Part shown: positions 16,794 to 25,767 of the stretch, one piece after another
Layout: the number at the start of each line of letters is the position of its first letter
Position numbering within the stretch: position 1 is the stretch's first letter
Source: Candidatus Aenigmatarchaeota archaeon
GTDB lineage: Archaea > Aenigmatarchaeota > Aenigmatarchaeia > CG10238-14 > SCSR01
DNA length: 57,486 nucleotides
Direction: 5' to 3'
Assembly: GCA_016198705.1 (NCBI GenBank)
Contig: JACQIA010000046.1
Location: 1-57,486 of the forward strand
Notes under the pieces: generated by a model
What the model was told of the DNA's origin: nothing
The model's database searches: none
Seen by the model: the letters and a program-made list of their open reading frames with translations, nothing else
Made by a program: the position numbers and the translations under genes

Positions 16794-18671
16794 CTATTCT
16801 AAGATCTCCTTGTTCGGTTTTTTATTCTCTATAAAAATCTTATGCCATAAAACAAATGTGATAAGTGTCCAAAGCTGCCTGCCTACAATCAGCTTCGAAG
16901 TTTTGTATCTGTTAAGCAATTCGGTTATATAATTTTTATTAAAAAAACCATTGCCAAATAGCAATTGCTCACTAAGTTCTAACAACTCCTTCTCACCCCA
17001 AAGATGCATGGGGGTAATAAATGTCCGCTTTTTCCTTTCAGCAATTTTTTTAGGCAAAAATTTAGTAGCCAGCTTCCTTAGAATATATTTATCGGTAACT
17101 CCATTAAGCTTCAACTTCATTGGCAGTTTGAAAGAAAATTCAATCAATTTATGATCCAGAAATGGTGCTCTGCCTTCTATAGAATTTGCCATCGTCATCT
17201 TATCCAATCTCAAAAGTATGTAATTTGGAAGCCACGTTTCTAAATCTGCAAGCAGCATCTTATTAGCCAAATTAGTTCGTGTATCAAAGTATTTTTTAAA
17301 AATATGTTCAACCGGCAAAGACTTTTGTTTAAAATATTTTTGAAATAAAATTTCCTTCTCATCTTCATTAAATGTGGACACAAATGTTGAATATCTTTTA
17401 GATAAATCTTTAGAAAGTAATATTTTGATTAAATTTTCCTTCCCTTTTATACCCATTGAAGACGGATATTCAAAAAACTTGTTTAAAATTGAAACAGGCA
17501 ACAATGGAAATAATTTAGTAAAGGCGGGTAGAACTGACTTGTATCTTTCCATTAAGATCATCATCTTTTCATGAACGTAGCTAGAAAATAACTCGTCACT
17601 TCCTTCACCCACCAACACAACTGTAGCATGTTTTTTGGCTAATTCTGATATCAAATAAGTTGGTATAATAGTAGCATCAGCTAAAGGTTCGTCTAAATGC
17701 CAAATTAATTTTGGTAGCAAATTTACTTGTTTTGGGTCAACAACGAATTCATAATGCTCTGTATCGAAACGATTGGATACCATCTTTGCATAATTTAGCT
17801 CGTCATCAGGTTGATTGAATCCAACCGAAAAGGTTTTGACTGGTTCTTCCAGCATCTGACTCATCAAACCAGTAATCAAGCTAGAATCGATGCCACCAGA
17901 CAAAAATACTCCCAAAGGCACATCGCTAATCAAACGAACCTTAACAGACTCCTTTAGCAATCTTTCCAATCGTTCCAAATAGAAATTTTCTGTATGATAT
18001 CCGCCATTCTCCAAGTCAAAGTCCCAATATTTTTTGATTGCAATTTTATTTTTATTGTGAACCAAAATGTGTCCTGGGGGAAGCTTTTTAATTTCTGAAA
18101 ATATTGTTTCTTGGGTTGGCACATATCTTAATGACAAATAATTGTATAAAGCATGGAAATTAATTTTTCTCCTAAATTCTTCATTCTGCAATAAACACTT
18201 TATTTCAGAGGCAAAAAATAAAGTATCATTTTGCAATGTGTAATACAACGGCTTCTCTCCCACCATATCCCTAGCTAAAAGTAATTTCTGTTTGTTACTA
18301 TCCCACAATGCAAAAGCAAACATCCCTCTTAATAGTTTACATAAGGAATCGCCCAGAATTTCGTATAGATGGACTATAACTTCTGTATCGGTATTGGTAT
18401 AAAACTTATGACCCTTTGATTCACAAAAATCTCGCAGTTCACGAAAATTGTATATCTCGCCATTAAAAATTACCCATATAGATTCGTCTTCATTATGTAT
18501 AGGTTGGCGCCCGCCAGCAATATCAATTATAGAAAGTCTTCGGCTTCCTAAAGCAATGCCTTTGTCAGTATAATATCCAGCGTCATTAGGCCCCCTGTAC
18601 TTCATTATGTTGCACATTTTTCTTAGAAGTGACTTATCATCAAGTCCAACGAATCCTGCGATACCGCACAT
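16794..18671 (-). CDS. asnB: asparagine synthase (glutamine-hydrolysing) family amidotransferase
   Basis: MCGIAG N-terminal nucleophile and SGGIDSS PP-loop. Confidence 0.9.
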   Translation of the reverse strand: MCGIAGFVGLDDKSLLRKMCNIMKYRGPNDAGYYTDKGIALGSRRLSIIDIAGGRQPIHNEDESIWVIFNGEIYNFRELRDFCESKGHKFYTNTDTEVIVHLYEILGDSLCKLLRGMFAFALWDSNKQKLLLARDMVGEKPLYYTLQNDTLFFASEIKCLLQNEEFRRKINFHALYNYLSLRYVPTQETIFSEIKKLPPGHILVHNKNKIAIKKYWDFDLENGGYHTENFYLERLERLLKESVKVRLISDVPLGVFLSGGIDSSLITGLMSQMLEEPVKTFSVGFNQPDDELNYAKMVSNRFDTEHYEFVVDPKQVNLLPKLIWHLDEPLADATIIPTYLISELAKKHATVVLVGEGSDELFSSYVHEKMMILMERYKSVLPAFTKLFPLLPVSILNKFFEYPSSMGIKGKENLIKILLSKDLSKRYSTFVSTFNEDEKEILFQKYFKQKSLPVEHIFKKYFDTRTNLANKMLLADLETWLPNYILLRLDKMTMANSIEGRAPFLDHKLIEFSFKLPMKLKLNGVTDKYILRKLATKFLPKKIAERKKRTFITPMHLWGEKELLELSEQLLFGNGFFNKNYITELLNRYKTSKLIVGRQLWTLITFVLWHKIFIENKKPNKEILE

Positions 18672-18741
18672 AATTATTCTTATGTAGAAATTTACATATA
18701 CCTTAAACTTATTAAAAATTATAGAAGTTAAGATTTTCTAT

Positions 18742-20364
18742 TTAGAAATTTATTTGCCTTTTAATTAAGAATTCGCCACGTCGATTAAGTGATTTTAAAA
18801 ATTTATTGAAATCTAAATTTTCATTTTGCAGTTCATATTCTGCAAAATACCGAGATGAAGGCACATATCTTGGATAAAAAATGTCTTCAATAGAAAGTTT
18901 ACTTATGTTCTTGCCAATTATAGTATCTTTAATCAGAATCTTATTTCTAAGGAAATTAAAATTCCTTTTAAACTTTACATTAACTAATCTTTTCTTAGTT
19001 ATAACTTTTCGAATCAAAGTTTTCTTAATTAGGTTGGATAATTTAGTATTTCCGCCGAATAATAGAAGGAAAATACGTGAAATGATATTTCTGCTTGGTG
19101 TTAAATAATAAGCAGGTACTGTAGTACACCTGCCCTCTATGTTTATGTTATTGCCATTCATAGAAATCACGCTGCTATTTTGCACCTGAGATGTGAATAA
19201 AGAACCGTTATAAACGCCTACAATACCGGAGTCGGCGATAATTTTCTTGTTTTTGAAATTAAACATTTTGGAAACCCCACCTTTCTTCATATTGACTATT
19301 GCATAGTAGTTCGATGTCCTTGTCATATAATAGCCAGAATGGCCGAAATATTTAGTGAAATCTTTTCCTTCTACAGGCAGACTTGCTTTGCCTAAATAAT
19401 CCGAATAATCTAGGTAAGACTGCAAAAACTCTACTATTAAATTAGAAAAATATCGTTCATCCATCTTGTCTGGCGTTAAAACTTTTCTTGCACTTAAGCC
19501 TAATAAAAACTTTGACTTAACAGCAGCAGCTAGAGGCATATATTTTGCAAGCAATTCAAACCCATGCGGATGGAAATGTGAAGTATTTCTGCTTCCAAGC
19601 AACCCGCAGAAAGAACCGTCTGGGAAAATAAAATAGGATGAAAACATTATGGCTTTTTCTAGGCTCTCAAATATTACAGGATCTTTATTTTCATTGTACA
19701 ATTTTGCAAGGAAACTAATTGTAGTTGTGAGATAGCCTAAATCAGCACCATCATATTCAAAAAACCAGCCTTCCTTAGATTGGTTTTTTAAAATGTTATC
19801 CAATTCTTCTTTCATGCCTTCAAGGAAAATTTTATTTTTAGTAATAGTGAAAACTCGATTAAGTGAGAATGCTGCTATTGCTTGGTGATTGGTTAAAGGC
19901 CCGGGGTCATCGTTTCGTGTCAACCATTTAGCGGCTTTAATTATGGCTGCAAGAACTAGCTCTGCCTGGTGCTTAGGCATATCGGTTTTTAAAAGCCTGT
20001 AAGCTTCTAACATCGCACTCAATGTCCACGCTGTGGCACCGTAGCTATGCTCGTTTATATAATGTTCGTTGAAAGAACCATCGGAATTTTGTATATTCGC
20101 CCAAAAAACCATCCCAGCTATCGCCCATTTCTTGATTTTATCGCTGTTATAAAAAATGTTATTGGGGAAACTCTTTTTGTATACTAATGCTAAAGCTAAA
20201 GCCCCTATTTGGGGATGGGCATTGATTACATCTGTGGCTTTGTCATGCCAATAGGCGCGATAAAATGACCCGAATGTCTTTGAACCCTCGTTTCTATCCA
20301 ACATGCTAAGTAATCGAGGTATTTGGGATAATGCTTCCTTTGAATAAGGTTCCCTTTTGTTCAT
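18742..20364 (-). CDS. hypothetical protein, possibly alpha/alpha-toroid (heparinase II/III-like) glycan-processing enzyme
   Basis: 540-aa ORF in the glycosylation operon. The helical N-terminal half (GATAWTLSAMLEAYRLL) and beta-rich C-terminal half only suggest the fold. Confidence 0.35.
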   Translation of the reverse strand: MNKREPYSKEALSQIPRLLSMLDRNEGSKTFGSFYRAYWHDKATDVINAHPQIGALALALVYKKSFPNNIFYNSDKIKKWAIAGMVFWANIQNSDGSFNEHYINEHSYGATAWTLSAMLEAYRLLKTDMPKHQAELVLAAIIKAAKWLTRNDDPGPLTNHQAIAAFSLNRVFTITKNKIFLEGMKEELDNILKNQSKEGWFFEYDGADLGYLTTTISFLAKLYNENKDPVIFESLEKAIMFSSYFIFPDGSFCGLLGSRNTSHFHPHGFELLAKYMPLAAAVKSKFLLGLSARKVLTPDKMDERYFSNLIVEFLQSYLDYSDYLGKASLPVEGKDFTKYFGHSGYYMTRTSNYYAIVNMKKGGVSKMFNFKNKKIIADSGIVGVYNGSLFTSQVQNSSVISMNGNNINIEGRCTTVPAYYLTPSRNIISRIFLLLFGGNTKLSNLIKKTLIRKVITKKRLVNVKFKRNFNFLRNKILIKDTIIGKNISKLSIEDIFYPRYVPSSRYFAEYELQNENLDFNKFLKSLNRRGEFLIKRQINF

Positions 20365-20366
20365 CG

Positions 20367-21332
20367 CTAAACCTTCTTGGTGCTTAACTTATCCAATTTA
20401 TTTTTCATATCGGTAATGATATTGAGGAGAAAGCCGAAAAAGAACATCTGCAATCCGACAGACAGCAACAAACTTATCAATGTTAACGCAGGCATTCTAT
20501 TTACAAGATGTTGTATTGAAAAGGATTCTTGGTAAAAGACAAACCAAAACCCTATAAAACCTCCCAACATTAAAATTATGCCTAATGCATTGAACAGCAT
20601 CGTGTGCAAACCTGCCCTAAGTATAAGCATCGGTATTGTCAATAAGGCGTATTTGCCTATAGAACGAACTACTTTAGTGGTTCCATACTGCCTTCTTTTC
20701 CACATTGAAGGCACCTCTAAAACTCTGAAACCTTTGCCTGCAGCATCGATTATTGTTTCTTGAACGTAGCTGTGCGTCCCAATCATTTCCAAGGATTCTA
20801 CAACCCCTCTCTTCATAGCTCTTAGCCCGCCATGAGAATCTGTCAGGGGCAATTTGGTTATTAGCCTCAATAACTGCACTAAAATTTTCGTGCCTATGCG
20901 ATGCGACAGCTCCATGTTATAGTTAATCAACCCTTGATTTTTGAATCTAGAACCAATTACTAAATCAGCTTTGTTTTCCAGAATTGGTTTGACGAATTTT
21001 GGGATTTCATTTGCATCTGCTTGGCCATCGGCATCTATAGTTACGATTATATCTGGATTGAATGCCAATGATTTCTTCAGTCCGAGAAACATTGCAGCAC
21101 CTAATCCTTTGCCTTCACCGCAGACTATAAAGGCGCCTGCTCTTTTTGCTTTTGCCGGCGTACTGTCTGTAGAGTCGTCGATTATAAGAAATTTAGAGCT
21201 GCCTAGTTTGTTCTCATTGATTGTGCGTCTTGCATTATTTATAACAGAAGCTATTGTTTTTTCTTCATTTTTGGTAGGAATGACTACCAGTATTCTTTTC
21301 ACATTACCACAGGTTGTTATTAAAAATAACAT
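20367..21332 (-). CDS. family 2 glycosyltransferase (dolichyl-phosphate sugar synthase-like) with C-terminal TM segments
   Basis: VVIPTKNEEKTI, IIDDSTDSTP and DADGQ motifs, with two C-terminal TM helices. Confidence 0.85.
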   Translation of the reverse strand: MLFLITTCGNVKRILVVIPTKNEEKTIASVINNARRTINENKLGSSKFLIIDDSTDSTPAKAKRAGAFIVCGEGKGLGAAMFLGLKKSLAFNPDIIVTIDADGQADANEIPKFVKPILENKADLVIGSRFKNQGLINYNMELSHRIGTKILVQLLRLITKLPLTDSHGGLRAMKRGVVESLEMIGTHSYVQETIIDAAGKGFRVLEVPSMWKRRQYGTTKVVRSIGKYALLTIPMLILRAGLHTMLFNALGIILMLGGFIGFWFVFYQESFSIQHLVNRMPALTLISLLLSVGLQMFFFGFLLNIITDMKNKLDKLSTKKV

Positions 21333-21459
21333 CTTTAAGTTATATGAATTACAGATGGGGGCAATAATTTAAAGATGATATTTTCATAGAAGTTGGTAAA
21401 GAAGTCAAACCTTAGCTGAAAATAGCAAAACTTATATCTAATCCAAAATAAATTTAATT

Positions 21460-21957
21460 ATGAAAAACGCACCTGCTATAATTGTAATCTTTCTTATTGC
21501 TTTGGCTGCGGCCTATTTAATTAATTATTACACACAAACGCCAAGTACACCAACTGCAGCACCACAACCGACACCTGCACCAATAGCAGCACCAACAACT
21601 ATTGCAACACCTGTACAGCAACCATTAAATGTGGGAATCAGCTTTATTGAAGTCCCTGCATCCGCCGAACCTAATGCCAAAGTTATCGTCGCATGGAAAG
21701 TAGACTCTGATGCAAAGAAGGACATAGAACATACTGGAGTACATTATGGGAGCAAATCAATTCCTGGCGATTTATCAGATGTGGCCCCAGCTGATTCCGG
21801 CTATCCAGAATTAACAGCCATATCAGATACTGTGATACCAAATGAATTTAGCATACCGCTATTTATTCAAGATAAAGGGACGATTTATTTAAGAGCGCAC
21901 GTGGCAGTTGACGATAAGAATTATTGGACTGAGGAAAGGACAATAACAGTAGGATAA
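21460..21957 (+). CDS. secreted protein with Pro/Thr/Ala linker
   Basis: N-terminal hydrophobic segment, a PTPAPIAAPTTIATP linker and a beta-rich C-terminal domain. Confidence 0.5.
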   Translation: MKNAPAIIVIFLIALAAAYLINYYTQTPSTPTAAPQPTPAPIAAPTTIATPVQQPLNVGISFIEVPASAEPNAKVIVAWKVDSDAKKDIEHTGVHYGSKSIPGDLSDVAPADSGYPELTAISDTVIPNEFSIPLFIQDKGTIYLRAHVAVDDKNYWTEERTITVG

Positions 21958-21996
21958 ATTTTAGCAAAATTTAAGCCTAGGAAATTAAACGATATT

Positions 21997-23817
21997 ATGG
22001 GTAAATTAATCGCAGCATCTATAATCCTGCTTTTTCTCGTAGCTTTTTATCCACCAATTGTACGTCCAGATGCTATAGATGTATGGGCAGTATGCGATTG
22101 GAGCAAGCTATGGGTTACTCGATTTAATCGACTTGGAAATCCTTATATATGCTGTTATGAAAATGATTATAAATGGCTTGCAGGAGCCACATGTCCAGGT
22201 AAAACTGATTCCTCGCGTGTAACACTGTCGTGTGGAGACACTTCAAGCAGATATATGGTACCGACAAATTTGCAATTTTATTTTGGTTTTAACCCGAATT
22301 TTAATGATGCAAGATTAACATTAGATATTCAAGATGGGACAGGCGCTGATCACGACCTCAGAGTTTCTGATGCAGCTTGGTCGTGTCCAGGAGCCGATAA
22401 CAGCTTTTGTGGTACTCTTAACTCGGGTGATGCAACTGATTACTGTCCTTCTGCTGCAGGCTTGAAATCGGGTCTTGGTGCAAGCCATTGTTTTGTTGTT
22501 AGGAGATGGAGTAGTGCTACAGAAGCATATTTTACTGCAAAGGTAGAATGTGCGGTGGTTACTACAACAACTACTACTTCTACCACATCTACTACTTCGA
22601 CAACATCTACTACTACAACAACAACTTCTAGTACATCTACAACAATTATCCCATGCTCAATTATTATAGACTCTAAATCATGCACCTACGATGTTTGTAA
22701 CAACGATTGGGATATTAGGGTAGATGGTACGCGATCTGGTGGTGGGGATCATGCACACGGTGTTATTGATGGTTCATACGGAACTGCGTATACAGGATCA
22801 ACATTCTCCGCTGTAAGCGATTCTATCACAGGAGGAACACATACTGTAGGCGGTGTTGTGAATACAGTACTTTGGACTAATCCACACGATCATAGCATAG
22901 CTTTATGTCAAGTCTCTGATACAGTAGTCTGTCCACCAGCAGGTGGAAGTTGTCCTACGACTAGCACTACATCAACAACTACTCCAACTACAACTAGCAC
23001 TACATCTACTACTTCGACGACTAGTACGACAACAACAATACCATCATGCACGCTAACCTCAGCATCAATAACCAATTGTGCAGGCGGAACTTGCGAACTT
23101 GGGGAAACTGCATCTATGAGTGCGACATTTGCCGGTTCATGCACAACAGATGCAAGCACATACTTCCAAATAGATGCAAAATCAACCGATGGTGTGTGTG
23201 ATATAGAATACACAGTGCCACCAGGGGATATGTCAGGAATAACCAAAGTAAATCCAACTATTTCAGGTTCAACATACACAGGCACATGGACTGTTCCATC
23301 CATACCTGCTGATTGTGCTGGCAAAAGAGTTTATGCATGGGCTGCAGCAATATGGAACGGCGCTCCAGGAAGTGGGACTAGAATAACTAACATAGCAGAT
23401 GTCAATCCGCAGGATATTTCACCTGTTGACGGTTTTATAGAGTTGGCTGGAACATGCAATAATAACAATGCATGTGAAACAGGCGAAACTCAGCAATCAT
23501 GTTCAAATGACTGTAAAACAGTTGTAACATTAACTCCAAATTCCTTATATCCGGGTCAAACTACAGAAATTACCATAGATTTGAAAGATGGGAGATATAA
23601 GATAAATGACAAGGTTAAGAATGAATTGTTGATAGATGGTGTGACGCCGTGGACTGGATGTCCAATACATAATCTTGAATTGAATCCTTTAAGTCCTCCG
23701 CCTGGTGTGCAAATAACTTCAGACAATATACATGTTATAGTAAAAACTACCTGTACAGTGCCGAGCAATATAGCAGGCGGTAGCCATACACTAAAAGTAA
23801 CTCCAACTATATCCTAG
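21997..23817 (+). CDS. large Cys-rich cell-surface protein with two Thr/Ser linkers
   Basis: Signal/anchor (LIAASIILLFLVAFY), two T/S linkers and a Cys-rich module (CNNNNACETGETQQSCSNDC). Confidence 0.7.
   Translation: MGKLIAASIILLFLVAFYPPIVRPDAIDVWAVCDWSKLWVTRFNRLGNPYICCYENDYKWLAGATCPGKTDSSRVTLSCGDTSSRYMVPTNLQFYFGFNPNFNDARLTLDIQDGTGADHDLRVSDAAWSCPGADNSFCGTLNSGDATDYCPSAAGLKSGLGASHCFVVRRWSSATEAYFTAKVECAVVTTTTTTSTTSTTSTTSTTTTTTSSTSTTIIPCSIIIDSKSCTYDVCNNDWDIRVDGTRSGGGDHAHGVIDGSYGTAYTGSTFSAVSDSITGGTHTVGGVVNTVLWTNPHDHSIALCQVSDTVVCPPAGGSCPTTSTTSTTTPTTTSTTSTTSTTSTTTTIPSCTLTSASITNCAGGTCELGETASMSATFAGSCTTDASTYFQIDAKSTDGVCDIEYTVPPGDMSGITKVNPTISGSTYTGTWTVPSIPADCAGKRVYAWAAAIWNGAPGSGTRITNIADVNPQDISPVDGFIELAGTCNNNNACETGETQQSCSNDCKTVVTLTPNSLYPGQTTEITIDLKDGRYKINDKVKNELLIDGVTPWTGCPIHNLELNPLSPPPGVQITSDNIHVIVKTTCTVPSNIAGGSHTLKVTPTIS
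22561..22644 (+). repeat. coding Thr/Ser linker repeat
   Basis: 28 consecutive T/S codons. 22585..22604 is identical to 4183..4202. Confidence 0.9.
22957..23037 (+). repeat. coding Thr/Ser/Pro linker repeat
   Basis: 27 T/S/P codons. 23002..23031 matches 4183..4212 at 29 of 30 nt. Confidence 0.9.
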
Positions 23818-23852
23818 CTTTACTATTTTTTATTGAAAGGCAATAGTTTATT

Positions 23853-24830
23853 ATGAATTATGGTTTTCTTGCATTGGTTTTGCTTATATCTCTTCCATTA
23901 GTATTCGCGCAAATAGTTCTGCCTCCTGCTGAAACAAGCTTCACTATTCTGTCAATTGTCATTGAACCACCGCCGCCTGGGGGTGGAGGAGATGATGGGG
24001 GTGGGGGGGATTTCACAGGCACAAGCCAAATAATAACCCTCCAAGGTGATTTATCCTATTTAAGAATAGGGTGGGAGGCAAGATACTTCGACGATTCAGA
24101 AAGAAACATCGGAGCCAGATGTTATCTAAACTGTCCTGATCCAGGAAACGATATAGATTTGAATTGTGCAGCATTCCAGAAATGCGAATATCTAGGTTTG
24201 GTTGGTTCGCGTTCATGCACTATATCAAGCCCAAATTACCAACTCAACTTACCCCCAGGCCAATTCAACACAGTAGCATGCAAATTTTATGATCCCCTTA
24301 ACCCAGCTATAGAGTATCTGCCGTATCCAACTAGAACATTCAGACCTATAGACTATTCACTTTCAGTATCCCCAGTTACTGCAACTGTCAACGAGCCTTT
24401 CATCTTCCCAGCCACAGTCATACCTTCTGGACTGATTGCAAACACTTATACATTGAATGTAACCGAAATATCTGACCCTAATGTATTGACGATAGACAGG
24501 AATATAGGCAGTACAGAAAAACTAAGTTACGGCCAAGCAGGAAGATTCTTCCCGAAGATGATTTATCTAGTTTCCAAATCGACAACCGTGCAGGTTTTGG
24601 GGAATGCTAATTCAGACCCAGTTACATGCGCTGTTGATGCAGATTGCAGCTATCTTGGCGATGGGAAATGTGTTGTTCCTCAGAGCGGTGGTAACAGATG
24701 CTGGAAGAAGATTAATGTGCAGCTGAAGTCCGGGCTTGCAAGTTTAAGCGAGTTTGATGTATTTGGATTTTTGCAGATAATGTTGCTTGCATCAGTAGTT
24801 TTGTTTGTGATTAAGTTTAGAAGAAAGTAG
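23853..24830 (+). CDS. secreted surface protein with Gly/Asp tract and C-terminal anchor
   Basis: Signal peptide (FLALVLLISLPLVFA), a PPPPGGGGDDGGGGDF tract, multiple Cys residues, and a C-terminal TM segment plus RRK. Confidence 0.6.
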   Translation: MNYGFLALVLLISLPLVFAQIVLPPAETSFTILSIVIEPPPPGGGGDDGGGGDFTGTSQIITLQGDLSYLRIGWEARYFDDSERNIGARCYLNCPDPGNDIDLNCAAFQKCEYLGLVGSRSCTISSPNYQLNLPPGQFNTVACKFYDPLNPAIEYLPYPTRTFRPIDYSLSVSPVTATVNEPFIFPATVIPSGLIANTYTLNVTEISDPNVLTIDRNIGSTEKLSYGQAGRFFPKMIYLVSKSTTVQVLGNANSDPVTCAVDADCSYLGDGKCVVPQSGGNRCWKKINVQLKSGLASLSEFDVFGFLQIMLLASVVLFVIKFRRK

Positions 24831-24915
24831 TGGGTCCATCCAGAATCGAACTGGAGTTTCAACCTAACTTACATTAGTTGTAAGGGTCGTGTCCTAACCA
24901 CTAGACTATGAACCC
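24831..24915 (-). tRNA. tRNA-Val (anticodon UAC) with a 13-nt intron at position 37/38
   Basis: Hand-folded structure. Acceptor GGGTTCA/TGGACCC, D arm GTCT/GGAC, anticodon stem CGACC/GGTTG with loop CTTACA|A, and T arm TCCAG-TTCGATT-CTGGA. The intron ACTAATGTAAGTT forms a CTTA/TAAG central helix flanked by 3-nt bulges (BHB-like). Confidence 0.85.
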
Positions 24916-24954
24916 GTATAAAATAAATGATACTCCATATTTTAAAAGCATCGG

Positions 24955-24972
24955 AACCATCGGAAGTCTACT
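24955..24972 (+). repeat. right copy of exact 18-bp direct repeat AACCATCGGAAGTCTACT
   Basis: Identical to 682..699. Lies 40 bp from the tRNA-Val 5' end and 49 bp upstream of the LAGLIDADG ATG. Confidence 0.9.
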
Positions 24973-25020
24973 GTCTCAAAAGTTGGATATACACTCAAGT
25001 AATATTTACTTTTGATCAAA

Positions 25021-25767
25021 ATGAAAATTGATATATCTGCTATACAATTAAGCAAACAGGATGTAGAAAAAGGTTTAGAATTGCCACAATTTATTACAGA
25101 AGATTTAGTTTATTTATGTGGTTTTTTGGCAGGTGATGGATGTTTTAGCTTTAGACCTAAGAAATACGAATATTCAATAACATGCGTTGGGCACCCTAAA
25201 GATGAGAAAAGTTTATATGAGAATGTAATAGTACCTCTATTTAAGAAACTCTTTAAAATAACAGTAATCCCAAGACTTTACGATAAAGGTACAACATTTG
25301 GTATTAGAATTTATTCAAAAAGTTTATTTCTTTTCTTTACACGTATAATGCAAATGCCCTATAGTTACAAATCTGGTAAAGTTATTATACCAGAGATAAT
25401 TCGATATGACGAAGGTTTAGTTAAATATTTCATACAAGGATTTGCAGATGCGGATTTCTGTTTATGCTTAAAGAGGAGATATAGAAAAATACCTTACTAT
25501 CCAACAATTATAGGCGTATCTAAAAGCAAGGTTATTATTCAGCAAATTTCAGATTTTTTAAAATCAAAAGAAATTAAATTCTCTTTACAATTAGACGCTA
25601 AACGAATAGACAAAAGGATTATTAAAGGCTATACAATTTCAAGTAGAGTTTACATTAGTGGCAGAACACAAGTAGATAAATGGATGAGTGTTATAGGATT
25701 CAGAAGTCCTAAATTTCTAGGCATTTATTCGAAAATAGCGGGAGAAGGATTTGAACCTTCGGCCTAA
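25021..25767 (+). CDS. LAGLIDADG-family (double-motif) homing endonuclease-like protein, free-standing
   Basis: Two LAGLIDADG motifs (LCGFLAGDGCF and FIQGFADADFC). The track start at 25012 is TTG, so the ATG at 25021 is preferred. The last ~10 codons are antisense to the 3' end of the next tRNA-like gene. Confidence 0.75.
   Translation: MKIDISAIQLSKQDVEKGLELPQFITEDLVYLCGFLAGDGCFSFRPKKYEYSITCVGHPKDEKSLYENVIVPLFKKLFKITVIPRLYDKGTTFGIRIYSKSLFLFFTRIMQMPYSYKSGKVIIPEIIRYDEGLVKYFIQGFADADFCLCLKRRYRKIPYYPTIIGVSKSKVIIQQISDFLKSKEIKFSLQLDAKRIDKRIIKGYTISSRVYISGRTQVDKWMSVIGFRSPKFLGIYSKIAGEGFEPSA

Noticed and set aside
22440-23324. Antisense ORFs 22440..22685 and 22908..23324
   Set aside because: The same artefact of the Thr/Ser linker repeats inside 21997..23817.
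23995-24012. G-runs (GGGG GT GGGGGGG) near the 5' end of surface-protein gene 23853..24830 as a phase-variation tract
   Set aside because: The run simply encodes the Gly tract GGGGDDGGGG. A comparable G-run occurs in the conserved fbp gene (47795-47815). A run of only 7 G, with no evidence of length variation, is insufficient.
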